Translations under genes and position numbers: made by a program | The notes under the pieces: model-generated | What the model was told of the DNA's origin: nothing | The model's database searches: none | The model's input: the letters and a program-made list of their open reading frames with translations, nothing else | NCBI GenBank assembly: GCA_039815185.1 | Contig: JBCBZT010000004.1 | Location: 32,001-96,000, forward strand | Length of the DNA stretch: 64,000 nucleotides | Direction: 5' to 3' | From: Cyanobacteria bacterium P01_A01_bin.123 | Lineage (GTDB): Bacteria > Cyanobacteriota > Cyanobacteriia > Phormidesmidales > Phormidesmidaceae | In this document: piece by piece, positions 41,501 through 49,916 of the stretch | How the letters are laid out: each line of letters opens with the position of its first letter | Numbering within the stretch: the first letter of the stretch is position 1

Positions 41501-41790
41501 TCAATGCCGCGATTGACCAACACCTGGGCTAGCAGTGGCGACAATCCCGTCGTCGCCACTAAATCTTGCACCGCTTCTGGTGCCTCTGGATAAATCTGCC
41601 ACCGCTGACGCGGTAGGTTACCCTGTGAGGACTGTTTGGGAGTGTTCGTCTGATGATCCGTGCTTGAACGTGTGGGCGACTTTGATGTTGCCTTTGTCGC
41701 AGCAGTTTCCGATGCCGCGTCGTCCCCATAGGGCAGAGAATCTGGCACAGCGTTTAAATCAAAATTTTCAGGCGTAACAGAATCAGGCAC
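38548..41790 (-). CDS. recJ: ssDNA exonuclease RecJ, paralogue 2, with about 430-aa C-terminal extension
   Basis: GDYDADG, EGYG, TVDNG, TDHH, GTIAD, GPRINA and GGHRAAGG, followed by a Pro-rich linker, a coiled coil and a helical domain. Confidence 0.92.
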   Translation of the reverse strand: MPDSVTPENFDLNAVPDSLPYGDDAASETAATKATSKSPTRSSTDHQTNTPKQSSQGNLPRQRWQIYPEAPEAVQDLVATTGLSPLLAQVLVNRGIDQTPAAVEFMEPEQLQLPSPLEDFPDLPMALELLVNTIATQQKIAICGDYDADGMTSTALLLRALRFLGARVDYAIPSRMQEGYGINTRIVEDFHRDGVGLILTVDNGIAAFDPIARARELGLAVIVTDHHDVPPRIPPANAILNPKLIRPESPYRGVAGVGVAYILAICLAQALRRTQDLTAPLLELFTLGTIADLAPLTGVNRRWVRRGLGLLPRSRLPGIQALIQVAGLSNQQGELKPEAIGFRLGPRINAVGRIADPQIVIDMLTTDDVGVALQRAMQCEEANQMRQAMCSQIEEAAIAWCEAEQAAGRLDLVETRVLVLVQPDWHHGVIGIVASRLVERYGVPVFIGTYEDKDQKEIRGSARSIPEFNVFDALQSCHDLMNKFGGHRAAGGFSFPAKNLRQVKSRLSNFARKQLELEHLKPLITVDVQANLAQLTLDLYTQIDRLHPCGIDNPDPVFWTPNVRILEQQTVGKTRSHLKLTLGQAAHGGGSLAATMKAIAWRWGDYYPLPNQVDIAYKLKLNEWKGERNVELELIGVKEPTQQKPPRPLLKVAEPVAEPDIPKVNSSDSETPTSPQPLLANSTPPPLPSTSLRASPHSPTPPPTTGQLLTRAEFYYSKRRYGCATYQTQQGRELTIQNTGGDRITVQLATRQGTLHTPNGDSRSVDLADPFYFNLLRAGLSALELHQKTQLLLEKDELLSEKDSQIETLTQQVALLKQKNNQLSTEQQQAYQSLQSDLQQQTSAIQDQEAHIATLQSQLSESAAQIDPKAIKRAVRQALGDRVWYCLQSASQKDCYRAYKQAELLRLGGGNVDLADFSEAGLHLGFVVEREVIQPFFESLYDFSLTHSGPEVGGLSLSPAKKYTLGMLPPLLADQWRSLKDSALKSIKPVGGKQLYGQVGGNGGDRDLIDQFLQQWEHPLADWMAQSALEAASQVDQVSKLHIIAIQSAQVLKSWHYDLLRDLVVGDTESPGLFHQLYGQ
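39710..39730. repeat. 21-bp small dispersed repeat inside the recJ linker
   Basis: gccctgagcgaagtcgaaggg lies among G(4-8)AGT units and resembles the small dispersed repeats of filamentous cyanobacteria. Confidence 0.55.
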
Positions 41791-42018
41791 GATGGGGCAA
41801 CAAACAGCGCATTAAATTAGAGCGTCTGTACTAGCATTAGAGACTGCTTTAAATGGTAACCACGGTCGCGCGCTATGGTAGCGGGTCTCGGAAACTTTAA
41901 AGAATTTGGAACAGGGTCACAGGACAAAATGCTATCCCCCAGATCTACCACCACACGATGCTGACTCTAGCCACGTATGTGGATTAACTGCCCAGCACCA
42001 GCCAAGTTAAGGTCAGCA

Positions 42019-43530
42019 TCATCCCATCGATAAAGCTTCCAATAATGCCCGTAACTTCAACTGAATCTCTGCCACCTCCTTGTCTGGATCAGAGCCCGCG
42101 ACAATTCCGGCTCCGGCATATAGGTTAGCGACCTGGCCTTCCAGCAGGGCTGAGCGAATGCCGACGATGAATTCACAGTTACCCTGGTGGTCAATCCAGC
42201 CTAGGGGTGCAGCATAGAGCGATCGCTCAAAGGGTTCTTGGCTGCGGATAAAGTCCCAAACGCGATCGCGGGGCACGCCAGCCACTGCTGGAGTTGGATG
42301 TAGCTTTGCTAGTACTTGCAAAGCGTTTGTCTGGGAGGAGATTTGCGCCCGAATGGGGGTGTGCAAATGTTGAATGTTGGCCAGTTGCAACAACCCTGGC
42401 GTGGTGCAATATTTAGGGCTTAGACCCAAATTAATCAACGCCTCGGCAATGAACTCAACCACCAACCGATGCTCATGACGCTCCTTAGCGCTTTGGAGCA
42501 GCTGCTGAGCTAGGGCAGCGTCTGCTTGGGCGAATGTCCCCCGGGGGGCAGATCCGGCGAGGGCGTCACTGAGCAATTGTCCGCTACTGATACTCAACAG
42601 TCGTTCTGGACTGGCCCCAATGAAGGTTTGTCCTTGGCCATTGCTAACCGAGAATAGGTAGCAGTCTGGATGGTTGCATCGCAAGTTTTGTAAAGAGGCC
42701 ATCAATTCAAACGGAGCAGCAGCTTCCACGGTCAATCGGTGAGCCAGCACGACTTTATGGATTACCCCTGCTTCAATCGCGTTTAATGCCTTGACAACTC
42801 GAGTTCTAAAGGCTGCCAGCTTCTTCTTAGAAGGCTGGGATAGCGAGGGAAATAGACCCTTTAGATGCGCTCCCCCTTTGCCCTTGGCAGGGCGATGGTT
42901 AAAGACTGTTCCCGGTAAGTCATCGCTGGCTCGCTGTAACTGGGTCAAATAGCGCCGTACCACATCCATCCAGTCAGTTAAGTCATCCTGGGGAGCAATC
43001 GGTAAATTGAATACCCCCCAACAGTCTTGGCCTTGGCGGGTGAGCTGAAATTGGGGCAGCATTACGTAAGCATCTGAAAAGGGAGCTTGGGTGGTAATGC
43101 TCTGTTCAAAGAAAGTAAAGCTGCAAAAAAATTGAGGTCCCGTGAATGTCCAATTAGAGCAGTTCGAAAAGTCTTCGATTAAGGTGCTTGAACGCCATTG
43201 TTCAATCCAATGACTGGCCTGTAAAAAGCGATCGCTGTTGGTATTCCCATTACGGCCACTGCTACCCCCTAGGCATTCTAGGTTGGAATTTGCCGCACCC
43301 ACGGCAACCATGGCCTGTTGCTGAGCAGAGTTTTCGTAATAAAAGTGCCGTTGGTTAGGGGCAGTCAGGTGATTGAGAGCCATCAGCGGATCAATCGTGT
43401 CAACGGCAATGGCAAAACTGGCAAGTTTGGTCTGATGGTCTCGGCAGGCTTGTTGGTAGCAGTGCTTTAGAAACTGAAATATCTTGGTGTTGTTTTGAAC
43501 GCGTTCTAATCGATGGGGGACTACTGGCAT
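42019..43530 (-). CDS. menF: Isochorismate synthase
   Basis: KVVLA, FIGASPERL, ALAGSAPRG, KERHEH, LHPTPAVAG, IRSAL, AGAGIV and E..LK. Confidence 0.93.
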   Translation of the reverse strand: MPVVPHRLERVQNNTKIFQFLKHCYQQACRDHQTKLASFAIAVDTIDPLMALNHLTAPNQRHFYYENSAQQQAMVAVGAANSNLECLGGSSGRNGNTNSDRFLQASHWIEQWRSSTLIEDFSNCSNWTFTGPQFFCSFTFFEQSITTQAPFSDAYVMLPQFQLTRQGQDCWGVFNLPIAPQDDLTDWMDVVRRYLTQLQRASDDLPGTVFNHRPAKGKGGAHLKGLFPSLSQPSKKKLAAFRTRVVKALNAIEAGVIHKVVLAHRLTVEAAAPFELMASLQNLRCNHPDCYLFSVSNGQGQTFIGASPERLLSISSGQLLSDALAGSAPRGTFAQADAALAQQLLQSAKERHEHRLVVEFIAEALINLGLSPKYCTTPGLLQLANIQHLHTPIRAQISSQTNALQVLAKLHPTPAVAGVPRDRVWDFIRSQEPFERSLYAAPLGWIDHQGNCEFIVGIRSALLEGQVANLYAGAGIVAGSDPDKEVAEIQLKLRALLEALSMG

Positions 43531-43939
43531 GGAATTGGAACAATGAAACGTGTTTTAACCCTTGGCCACATCCAGATTCATAGCTCTCCTTAGAGGAGGC
43601 GCAACCCTGCGCCCCTGCTCAAGGGGTCAAATCGGATGTGGTTTAATCCACTGCTGACAGTCTGGCGCAACTCCCAGGTCGCACACTCCAAGATAGAAAA
43701 GCCTTCTTCCCCTTGATCGGTGCCGCTGCTTAGCCGAACCAGCCGCTTTATATAGCGTCCATCGCTTTGGCCCGATCTAGGCAAATCGATAGGTGAACCC
43801 ATTTTATAGCTTTGCCCCCACTGCTAAGAGTCTATTGGTAGAGTAAATCTGAACAGTGCTTTTGGGCAAAGATGCTTGCGAGACCTATCAAACAGGCTTT
43901 ACCAGTTTCGTCGCTGATGGGTTGACGAATCCGTAGATA

Positions 43940-46900
43940 ATGGCGGTTGTGGGAGGCAGGATATTCGTGCAGGGCGCTAGGTGGCGATCGCGATTAATAA
44001 CGGTAGTGATGGCGTTAATTGTGCTGCCATTGCTAATAGTCGCCGCACACGCAGCTCCCCCCTTCGATTGGGCAAAAAATCCTCTACTGCAGACGGTTTC
44101 AAGCCCTGAAGCGCCCCAGACTAAACAGCAAAACTCAGATAGGACTGTTTTATTTGAGGTAGAAGGGGTGCTAGAACCGGGCGATTCGGTGCTTGAGATC
44201 AACGGTAGCCTGCACGATGTTTACCCTTTTGAAGGTGAAGCCGGACAAACCATCACCATTCAGATGACCAGTGATGAATTTGACACCTATCTGGTTTTGA
44301 TCGATGCCGCCGGGCAAACGATTGGCGAAAATGACGATTCGAGCTTTTCAGACACGAACTCAACCCTAACGGTATCGCTACCTGAAACCGGCACCTATGG
44401 CATCGTTGCCAATGCTTTTGATGACACCGGACGCGGAAACTATCGCTTAACGGTCTCAGTAGCCAGTGCCTCAGAAAGTCAGCTATCAGAGGCCAACCGC
44501 CTGCTTCAGGAGGGCATTGAGCAGTTTGAAATCAGCCAGTTTCAGGGGGCGATCGCGGCTTGGCAGCAAGCGCTAGACATTTACCAGGCCCTGGAAAATC
44601 GCCAAATGGAAGCGGAAACCCTGTTCTATTTGGCCGGGGCTTATGTCTCCTTGGGTCAGTCCCAGCAAGCGGCTGATGTGCTTCAACCCGCATTAGCCAT
44701 CACCCGCGACATCAACGATCGCCAAGCGGAAGCCCTAATCCTGGGTCTTTTGAGTGTGGTCTACAACACCCTGGGCGAATCTCGGCAGATTATCGAGTTA
44801 AGCCAGCAAGCGTTGGAGATTGCGCGGGTAACGAATGATCGTCCGGGAGAATTAACTGCCCTGATTAATCTAGGGAGCGCCTATCAGGCTTTGGGCCAAT
44901 ATCAGCGAACCATTGAAGTTTATCAACAAGCGCTAGAGATTGCCCGCGACAGTGGCGATCCACAAAGTGAGGCCAATACCCTAGATAGATTAGGACTGGC
45001 CTACGACTACCTGGGTCAATCTCAGCGGGCGATTGAGTTGCATCAGCAAGCCCTCGCCATCGCCCGTAACGCTAATGATCGAGAAAGCGAAGGCATCGCC
45101 TTGTACTACCTGGGCAGTGCTTACAATTCCCTGGGGCAATATCAGCAAGCCATTGAGGTTTATCAGCAAGCGTTGACGATTATTCGCGAGGGCGGTGATC
45201 GCCAACGGGAAGCCCAGGTTTTACGCAGTTTGGGGCGGGTTTACCATGCCCTGGGGCAATATCAGCAGGCCATTGAGATCTATCAGCAAGCCCTCATTAT
45301 TGATCGAGACATCGGCGATCGCCGCAACGAAACCGTCTCCCTAGATCTCTTAGGCGATGCCCACAATGGCCTGGGCCAATTGCAGCCAGCCATTGAGTTT
45401 TATCAACAATCTCTTGCCATCGACCGCGATATCGCCTTTCCCCTAGGTGAAGTCCTTTCCCTCAACAATATGGGCATGGCTTTCCTCGATGCTGAGCAAT
45501 TTGGGGAAGCCGAGATTGCCCTGGCACAGTCTATTGAAACCCTTGAGTCGATGCGGGCTGACTTGCCCGATGCCCAACTGATCTCCATTGCGGATCTACA
45601 GGGCTACGCCTATACCAACCTGGAAAGAGCACTGACCGCTCAAAACAAAGTTGTAGACGCATTAGAAGTCACAGAACGCGCGCGGGCACGAGCCTTCGCA
45701 CTACGACTCGCGAGTCGCCTTGCAAATTCTGGAGAACAACCTGCGCCCCAAGCACGGGCGGCCATAGGCGCACCTGAAACCGTCAATCCCCCCTCGATTG
45801 CTGAAATCCAGCAAATTGCCTGTGACCAAAATGCAACCCTGGTCACTTACTCCTTAATTCTCGATCAGGCCCTCTACATTTGGGTAGTACAACCGACGGG
45901 TGAGATTGAGTTTCGCTCAGTTGAGTTTGGCGGGTCTGGCAGTCTTCCCAACCCGATTGCCACCATTGATGGCCCCGTCTATCGCGGTGCCCCGGCCGCC
46001 TCCGAACTTAACACCCTGGTTACCGATTCGCGCGCGGGGATTGGCGTGGTCGGTGGCATCCCCGCTGAACGCCTGAAGGAACTCCATCAAGTTTTGATCG
46101 ATCCGATCGCGGATTTACTCCCGAGTGATCCAGAAGCCCGCGTTGTTTTTGTGCCCCAAGGTAGCCTGTTCCTGGTTCCGTTTACGGCTCTACAAGCCGC
46201 CGACAACAGCTACTTGATTGAAACCCATACGGTATTAACCGCGCCCTCAATTCAGGTGTTGGGGTTAACCGCCAGCGCCCAGCGTGGAACTCGAAATTTT
46301 CTAAACGATCAAGGTGCCCTAGTGGTGGGGAATCCGGTCATGCCTGATGTTTCGATTCCCAGTGGGGAGGGACTACAAGACATTCAGCTAGCACCCTTGC
46401 CTGGTGCTGAAACCGAAGCGATCGCGATTGGCGATTTCTTGGACGTTTCACCCCTACTTGGGGCTCAAGCCACGGAAGCCCAGATCAAACAACAGTTGCC
46501 AACCGCATCCCTGATTCATCTGGCAACCCACGGCTTGCTTGAATATGGTGACCCCCAGTCCTCCGGGGTCCTGGACGTCCCCGGTGCAGTGGCCCTGACC
46601 TCCGGCAATGGCGAAGATGGATTGCTCACCGCTGCTGAGATTCTGGAGGTCGGATTGCAGGCGGAATTAGCCGTCTTAAGCGCTTGTGATACCGGGCGGG
46701 GGCGAATTACCGGGGATGGTGTGATCGGCCTTTCACGTTCTCTGATCACCGCTGGCGTGCCCAGTGTAATTGTGTCGCTATGGGCCGTCCCCGATGCCCC
46801 GACAGCGGCACTCATGACGGAATTTTATCGTCAGCTTCAGCAGGGGCAAACCAAAGCCCAAGCATTGCGACAGGCGATGTTAGCGACCCTAGCGGATTCC

Positions 46901-46951
46901 CCGGAACCTGTTAACTGGGCCGCTTTTACCTTGATGGGTGCGGTGGAGTAG
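43940..46951 (+). CDS. PPC-TPR-CHAT (caspase-like) protein, copy 1
   Basis: Signal-like N-terminus, PPC domain (FDTYLVL..GENDD), 40-aa TPRs, and CHAT HLATHG and LSACDTG. The GTG at 43967 after GGAGG is a likely start. Confidence 0.92.
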   Translation: MAVVGGRIFVQGARWRSRLITVVMALIVLPLLIVAAHAAPPFDWAKNPLLQTVSSPEAPQTKQQNSDRTVLFEVEGVLEPGDSVLEINGSLHDVYPFEGEAGQTITIQMTSDEFDTYLVLIDAAGQTIGENDDSSFSDTNSTLTVSLPETGTYGIVANAFDDTGRGNYRLTVSVASASESQLSEANRLLQEGIEQFEISQFQGAIAAWQQALDIYQALENRQMEAETLFYLAGAYVSLGQSQQAADVLQPALAITRDINDRQAEALILGLLSVVYNTLGESRQIIELSQQALEIARVTNDRPGELTALINLGSAYQALGQYQRTIEVYQQALEIARDSGDPQSEANTLDRLGLAYDYLGQSQRAIELHQQALAIARNANDRESEGIALYYLGSAYNSLGQYQQAIEVYQQALTIIREGGDRQREAQVLRSLGRVYHALGQYQQAIEIYQQALIIDRDIGDRRNETVSLDLLGDAHNGLGQLQPAIEFYQQSLAIDRDIAFPLGEVLSLNNMGMAFLDAEQFGEAEIALAQSIETLESMRADLPDAQLISIADLQGYAYTNLERALTAQNKVVDALEVTERARARAFALRLASRLANSGEQPAPQARAAIGAPETVNPPSIAEIQQIACDQNATLVTYSLILDQALYIWVVQPTGEIEFRSVEFGGSGSLPNPIATIDGPVYRGAPAASELNTLVTDSRAGIGVVGGIPAERLKELHQVLIDPIADLLPSDPEARVVFVPQGSLFLVPFTALQAADNSYLIETHTVLTAPSIQVLGLTASAQRGTRNFLNDQGALVVGNPVMPDVSIPSGEGLQDIQLAPLPGAETEAIAIGDFLDVSPLLGAQATEAQIKQQLPTASLIHLATHGLLEYGDPQSSGVLDVPGAVALTSGNGEDGLLTAAEILEVGLQAELAVLSACDTGRGRITGDGVIGLSRSLITAGVPSVIVSLWAVPDAPTAALMTEFYRQLQQGQTKAQALRQAMLATLADSPEPVNWAAFTLMGAVE

Positions 46952-46953
46952 TT

Positions 46954-47003
46954 AGCATTCCAGCGATACTCAGTGCATTTAGCAATTTGGCCAAAGTAAT
47001 ATA
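46954..47003 (+). repeat. Right half of the 105-bp repeat (copy D)
   Basis: agcattccagcgatactcagtgcatttagcaatttggcca, between CHAT copies 1 and 2. Confidence 0.8.
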
Positions 47004-47031
47004 CGCAGCTGCGAGTTTTGGAGGTAGGGCA

Positions 47032-49881
47032 ATGATGAAGCGCTCTAGATGGCGATCGCGTTTGTTAGCCATAACCCTAGCGGTGGCAACCTGGCTATGG
47101 GTCACGGTGCCAGCCCAATCGACGCTTCCCTATTATCAGGAACATAATTTTCCATCGCAGGCGGCTTTTAGCCATGAGGCCCGCCAAACTAAGCAGCAAG
47201 ATTCAGATGGCACAGTCTTGCTTGAGGTTGAGGGCACCTTAGAAGCGGGCGATCAAAGGCTTGAAGATGGCAGTCTCTATGACATCTACCCGTTTGAAGG
47301 GGAAGCCGGGCAATCCATTACCATTCGGATGATGAGTGATGAGTTTGACACGTTTATCGGGGTGGTCAACACGGCAGGGGAATTGATTTATGAATCAGCC
47401 GCGAACTCCAACTTATCGGTATTCTTACCTGAAACGGCAACTTATCAGATCATTGCCACCATTTTTGATGACAGCGGGCAGGGGCAATACCGACTAACCG
47501 TATCAGCGGCTAGCGCCTCTGAAACGCAGCTAGCCGAAGCCAACCACCTACGTCAGCTAGGCATTCAGCAATATTTGACTAGCCAGTTTCAATCCGCACT
47601 GCAATCTTGGCAGCAAGCGATCGCGATTTATCGTTCTAGCGACATTCGCGAAGCATTTCCAGAGGCAAGCCGCCAAGGTGAAGCCGCCGCCTTGGGCAAC
47701 TTAGGACTCGTTTATCATGCCTCCGGTCAATATCAACAGGCCATTGACTTTTACCAGCAATCTTTAGCAATCGCTCGCGAAATCCGCGATCGCCAGGGTG
47801 AAGCCAATGCGCTGGGCAACTTGGGCAGTACCTACAGTAGCCTAGGCCAATATCAACGAGCGACTGACCTACACCAGCAATCCTTAGCGATTAAACGCGA
47901 AATTGACGATCGTCGGGGCGAAGCTACCTCTCTGGGCAATTTGGGCAATATTTACCGTTCCCTAGGGCAGTATGAACAGGCAATTGCCGCTTATCAACAA
48001 GCTTTAGACATTGCTGACGAAATTAGGGATATTGACATTCAAGCTGCTGCTCTAAGCAATTTAGGTCTTGTTTATCTTGCATTAGGTGAATATCAGCAAG
48101 CGCTTGACCTACATCAACAAGCTTTAGCGATTGCCCGTAACACAGGTAATCGTCAGAGCGAAGCTTATTCTTTGGGCCATTTAGGAATTGCTTATTACGC
48201 TTTGGGTCAGGATCAGCGCGCCATTGATTTCTATCAACAACAGTTAACGATTGTTCGCGACATTGGCGATCGCCAAGGGGAAGCTAGTGTCCTCAGCTAT
48301 CTTGGCGGTGTTTACAATACTCTGGGACAATCTCAGCAGGCTATTGAGTTTCATCAGCAATCTTTGGACATTATTCGCGACATCGGCGATCGCCAAGGGG
48401 AAGCCATGGCGCTTAATAGCTTGGGGATATCGTTAATCAGCACCAATCAACCGGCTGAAGCTGAAATTGTCCTCGCGCAATCCATTGAGATCTTTGAATC
48501 CCTGCGAACTGACCTACCGGATGCCCAACTCATTGCACTCGCGGATACCCAGGCAGGCGCCTATACGCTGCTAGAACTGGCATTAACCATCCAAGACAAA
48601 ACAGCCGAAGCCCTAGAAACCACAGAACGTGCCCGCGCCCGCGCCTTCGTGCTGCAACTCGCAAGCCGCCTCTCCAACCGAGAAGAGTCAACTCCCTTAG
48701 CTGAACCTGAGGCCACCCCACCTCCCAAGATTGCCGACATTCAGCAAATCGCCCGCGACCAAAACGCCACCCTCGTCACCTATTCCCTGATTTATGATCG
48801 GGCGCTCTATATCTGGGTCGTGCAACCGTCCGGCGAGATTGAGTTTCGCTCGGTGGAATTGGGTGGGTCTGGCAGTCTTCCTAACCCAATTGCCGCCATT
48901 GATGGCCCAGTTTATCGGGGCAATTCAGACCCGTCAGAACTGGACACCCTGGTTTCAGAAACACGGGCCGGCATTGGTGTGGTTGCAAGCATCCCCTCTG
49001 AACGGCTCAAAGACCTGCATCAAGTGCTGATTGAACCGATTGCCGATTTACTGCCCAGCGATCCTGACGCCAACGTCGTTTTCATCCCCCAAGGCAGTCT
49101 CTTTTTAGTGCCTTTCCCTGCCCTGCAAGATGCCGACGACACCTACTTGATTGAAAAACATACGGTATTGACTGCGCCATCCATTCAGGTCTTTGGGTTA
49201 GCAGCTAGGGAGGAAGCCCAAGGGCGGCGTTCTGAGTTTTCTGATGCGCTCGTTGTGGGTAATCCAGTCATGCCCCAAGCTTGGGCTTTGGGTGATAACG
49301 GGCTAGAAGAACTCCAGCTTGCCCCCCTGCCCGGTGCCGAAGCGGAAGCCTTGGCAATCGGCGACTTCCTCAATGTTTCACCCCTGATTGGTGCTCAAGC
49401 CACCGAGGCCCAGATCAAACAACAATTCCCGAGTGCTCAACTCATTCACCTGGCGACCCATGGCTTACTCGAATACGGCGATCCCCAGTCCTCGGGCGTT
49501 CTGGATGTCCCCGGTGCCCTAGCCCTCACCCCTGGCGATGGCGAAGACGGCTTGCTAACTGCCGCCGAGATTCTAGAAATAGACTTGCAGGCTGAGCTAG
49601 CGGTTCTGAGTGCTTGCGACACAGGACGGGGGCGGATTACGGGAGATGGCGTGGTCGGGCTTTCACGATCGCTGATTACGGCTGGCGTGCCCAGCGTAAT
49701 TGTGTCGCTGTGGGCCGTACCCGATGCACCGACAGCTGCGTTGATGACAGAGTTTTATCGCCAGCTCCAGCAGGGGCAGAGCAAGGCTCAGGCGCTACGG
49801 CAGGCGATGTTAGCAACATTGAACGACTCCCCGGAACCGGTCAATTGGGCAGCGTTTACATTAATGGGAGCAATCGAATAG
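47032..49881 (+). CDS. PPC-TPR-CHAT protein, copy 2
   Basis: Same architecture as copy 1. The ATG at 47032 follows GGAGG, and the His/Cys dyad is intact. Confidence 0.92.
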   Translation: MMKRSRWRSRLLAITLAVATWLWVTVPAQSTLPYYQEHNFPSQAAFSHEARQTKQQDSDGTVLLEVEGTLEAGDQRLEDGSLYDIYPFEGEAGQSITIRMMSDEFDTFIGVVNTAGELIYESAANSNLSVFLPETATYQIIATIFDDSGQGQYRLTVSAASASETQLAEANHLRQLGIQQYLTSQFQSALQSWQQAIAIYRSSDIREAFPEASRQGEAAALGNLGLVYHASGQYQQAIDFYQQSLAIAREIRDRQGEANALGNLGSTYSSLGQYQRATDLHQQSLAIKREIDDRRGEATSLGNLGNIYRSLGQYEQAIAAYQQALDIADEIRDIDIQAAALSNLGLVYLALGEYQQALDLHQQALAIARNTGNRQSEAYSLGHLGIAYYALGQDQRAIDFYQQQLTIVRDIGDRQGEASVLSYLGGVYNTLGQSQQAIEFHQQSLDIIRDIGDRQGEAMALNSLGISLISTNQPAEAEIVLAQSIEIFESLRTDLPDAQLIALADTQAGAYTLLELALTIQDKTAEALETTERARARAFVLQLASRLSNREESTPLAEPEATPPPKIADIQQIARDQNATLVTYSLIYDRALYIWVVQPSGEIEFRSVELGGSGSLPNPIAAIDGPVYRGNSDPSELDTLVSETRAGIGVVASIPSERLKDLHQVLIEPIADLLPSDPDANVVFIPQGSLFLVPFPALQDADDTYLIEKHTVLTAPSIQVFGLAAREEAQGRRSEFSDALVVGNPVMPQAWALGDNGLEELQLAPLPGAEAEALAIGDFLNVSPLIGAQATEAQIKQQFPSAQLIHLATHGLLEYGDPQSSGVLDVPGALALTPGDGEDGLLTAAEILEIDLQAELAVLSACDTGRGRITGDGVVGLSRSLITAGVPSVIVSLWAVPDAPTAALMTEFYRQLQQGQSKAQALRQAMLATLNDSPEPVNWAAFTLMGAIE

Positions 49882-49916
49882 TGAGGTTACCCGGTCGATT
49901 TTTTTGAGGTGGGGCA

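Noticed and set aside
42019..43530. menF as a supplier of an alternative quinone for the variant D1
   Set aside because: It is 12 kb away and is the ordinary phylloquinone-pathway gene. Nothing in the sequence links the two.
43590..43802. 70-aa ORF and a small hairpin (ggcgca..tgcgcc) upstream of menF
   Set aside because: The ORF has no recognisable motif. The hairpin is a single REP-like copy and too short to support a call.
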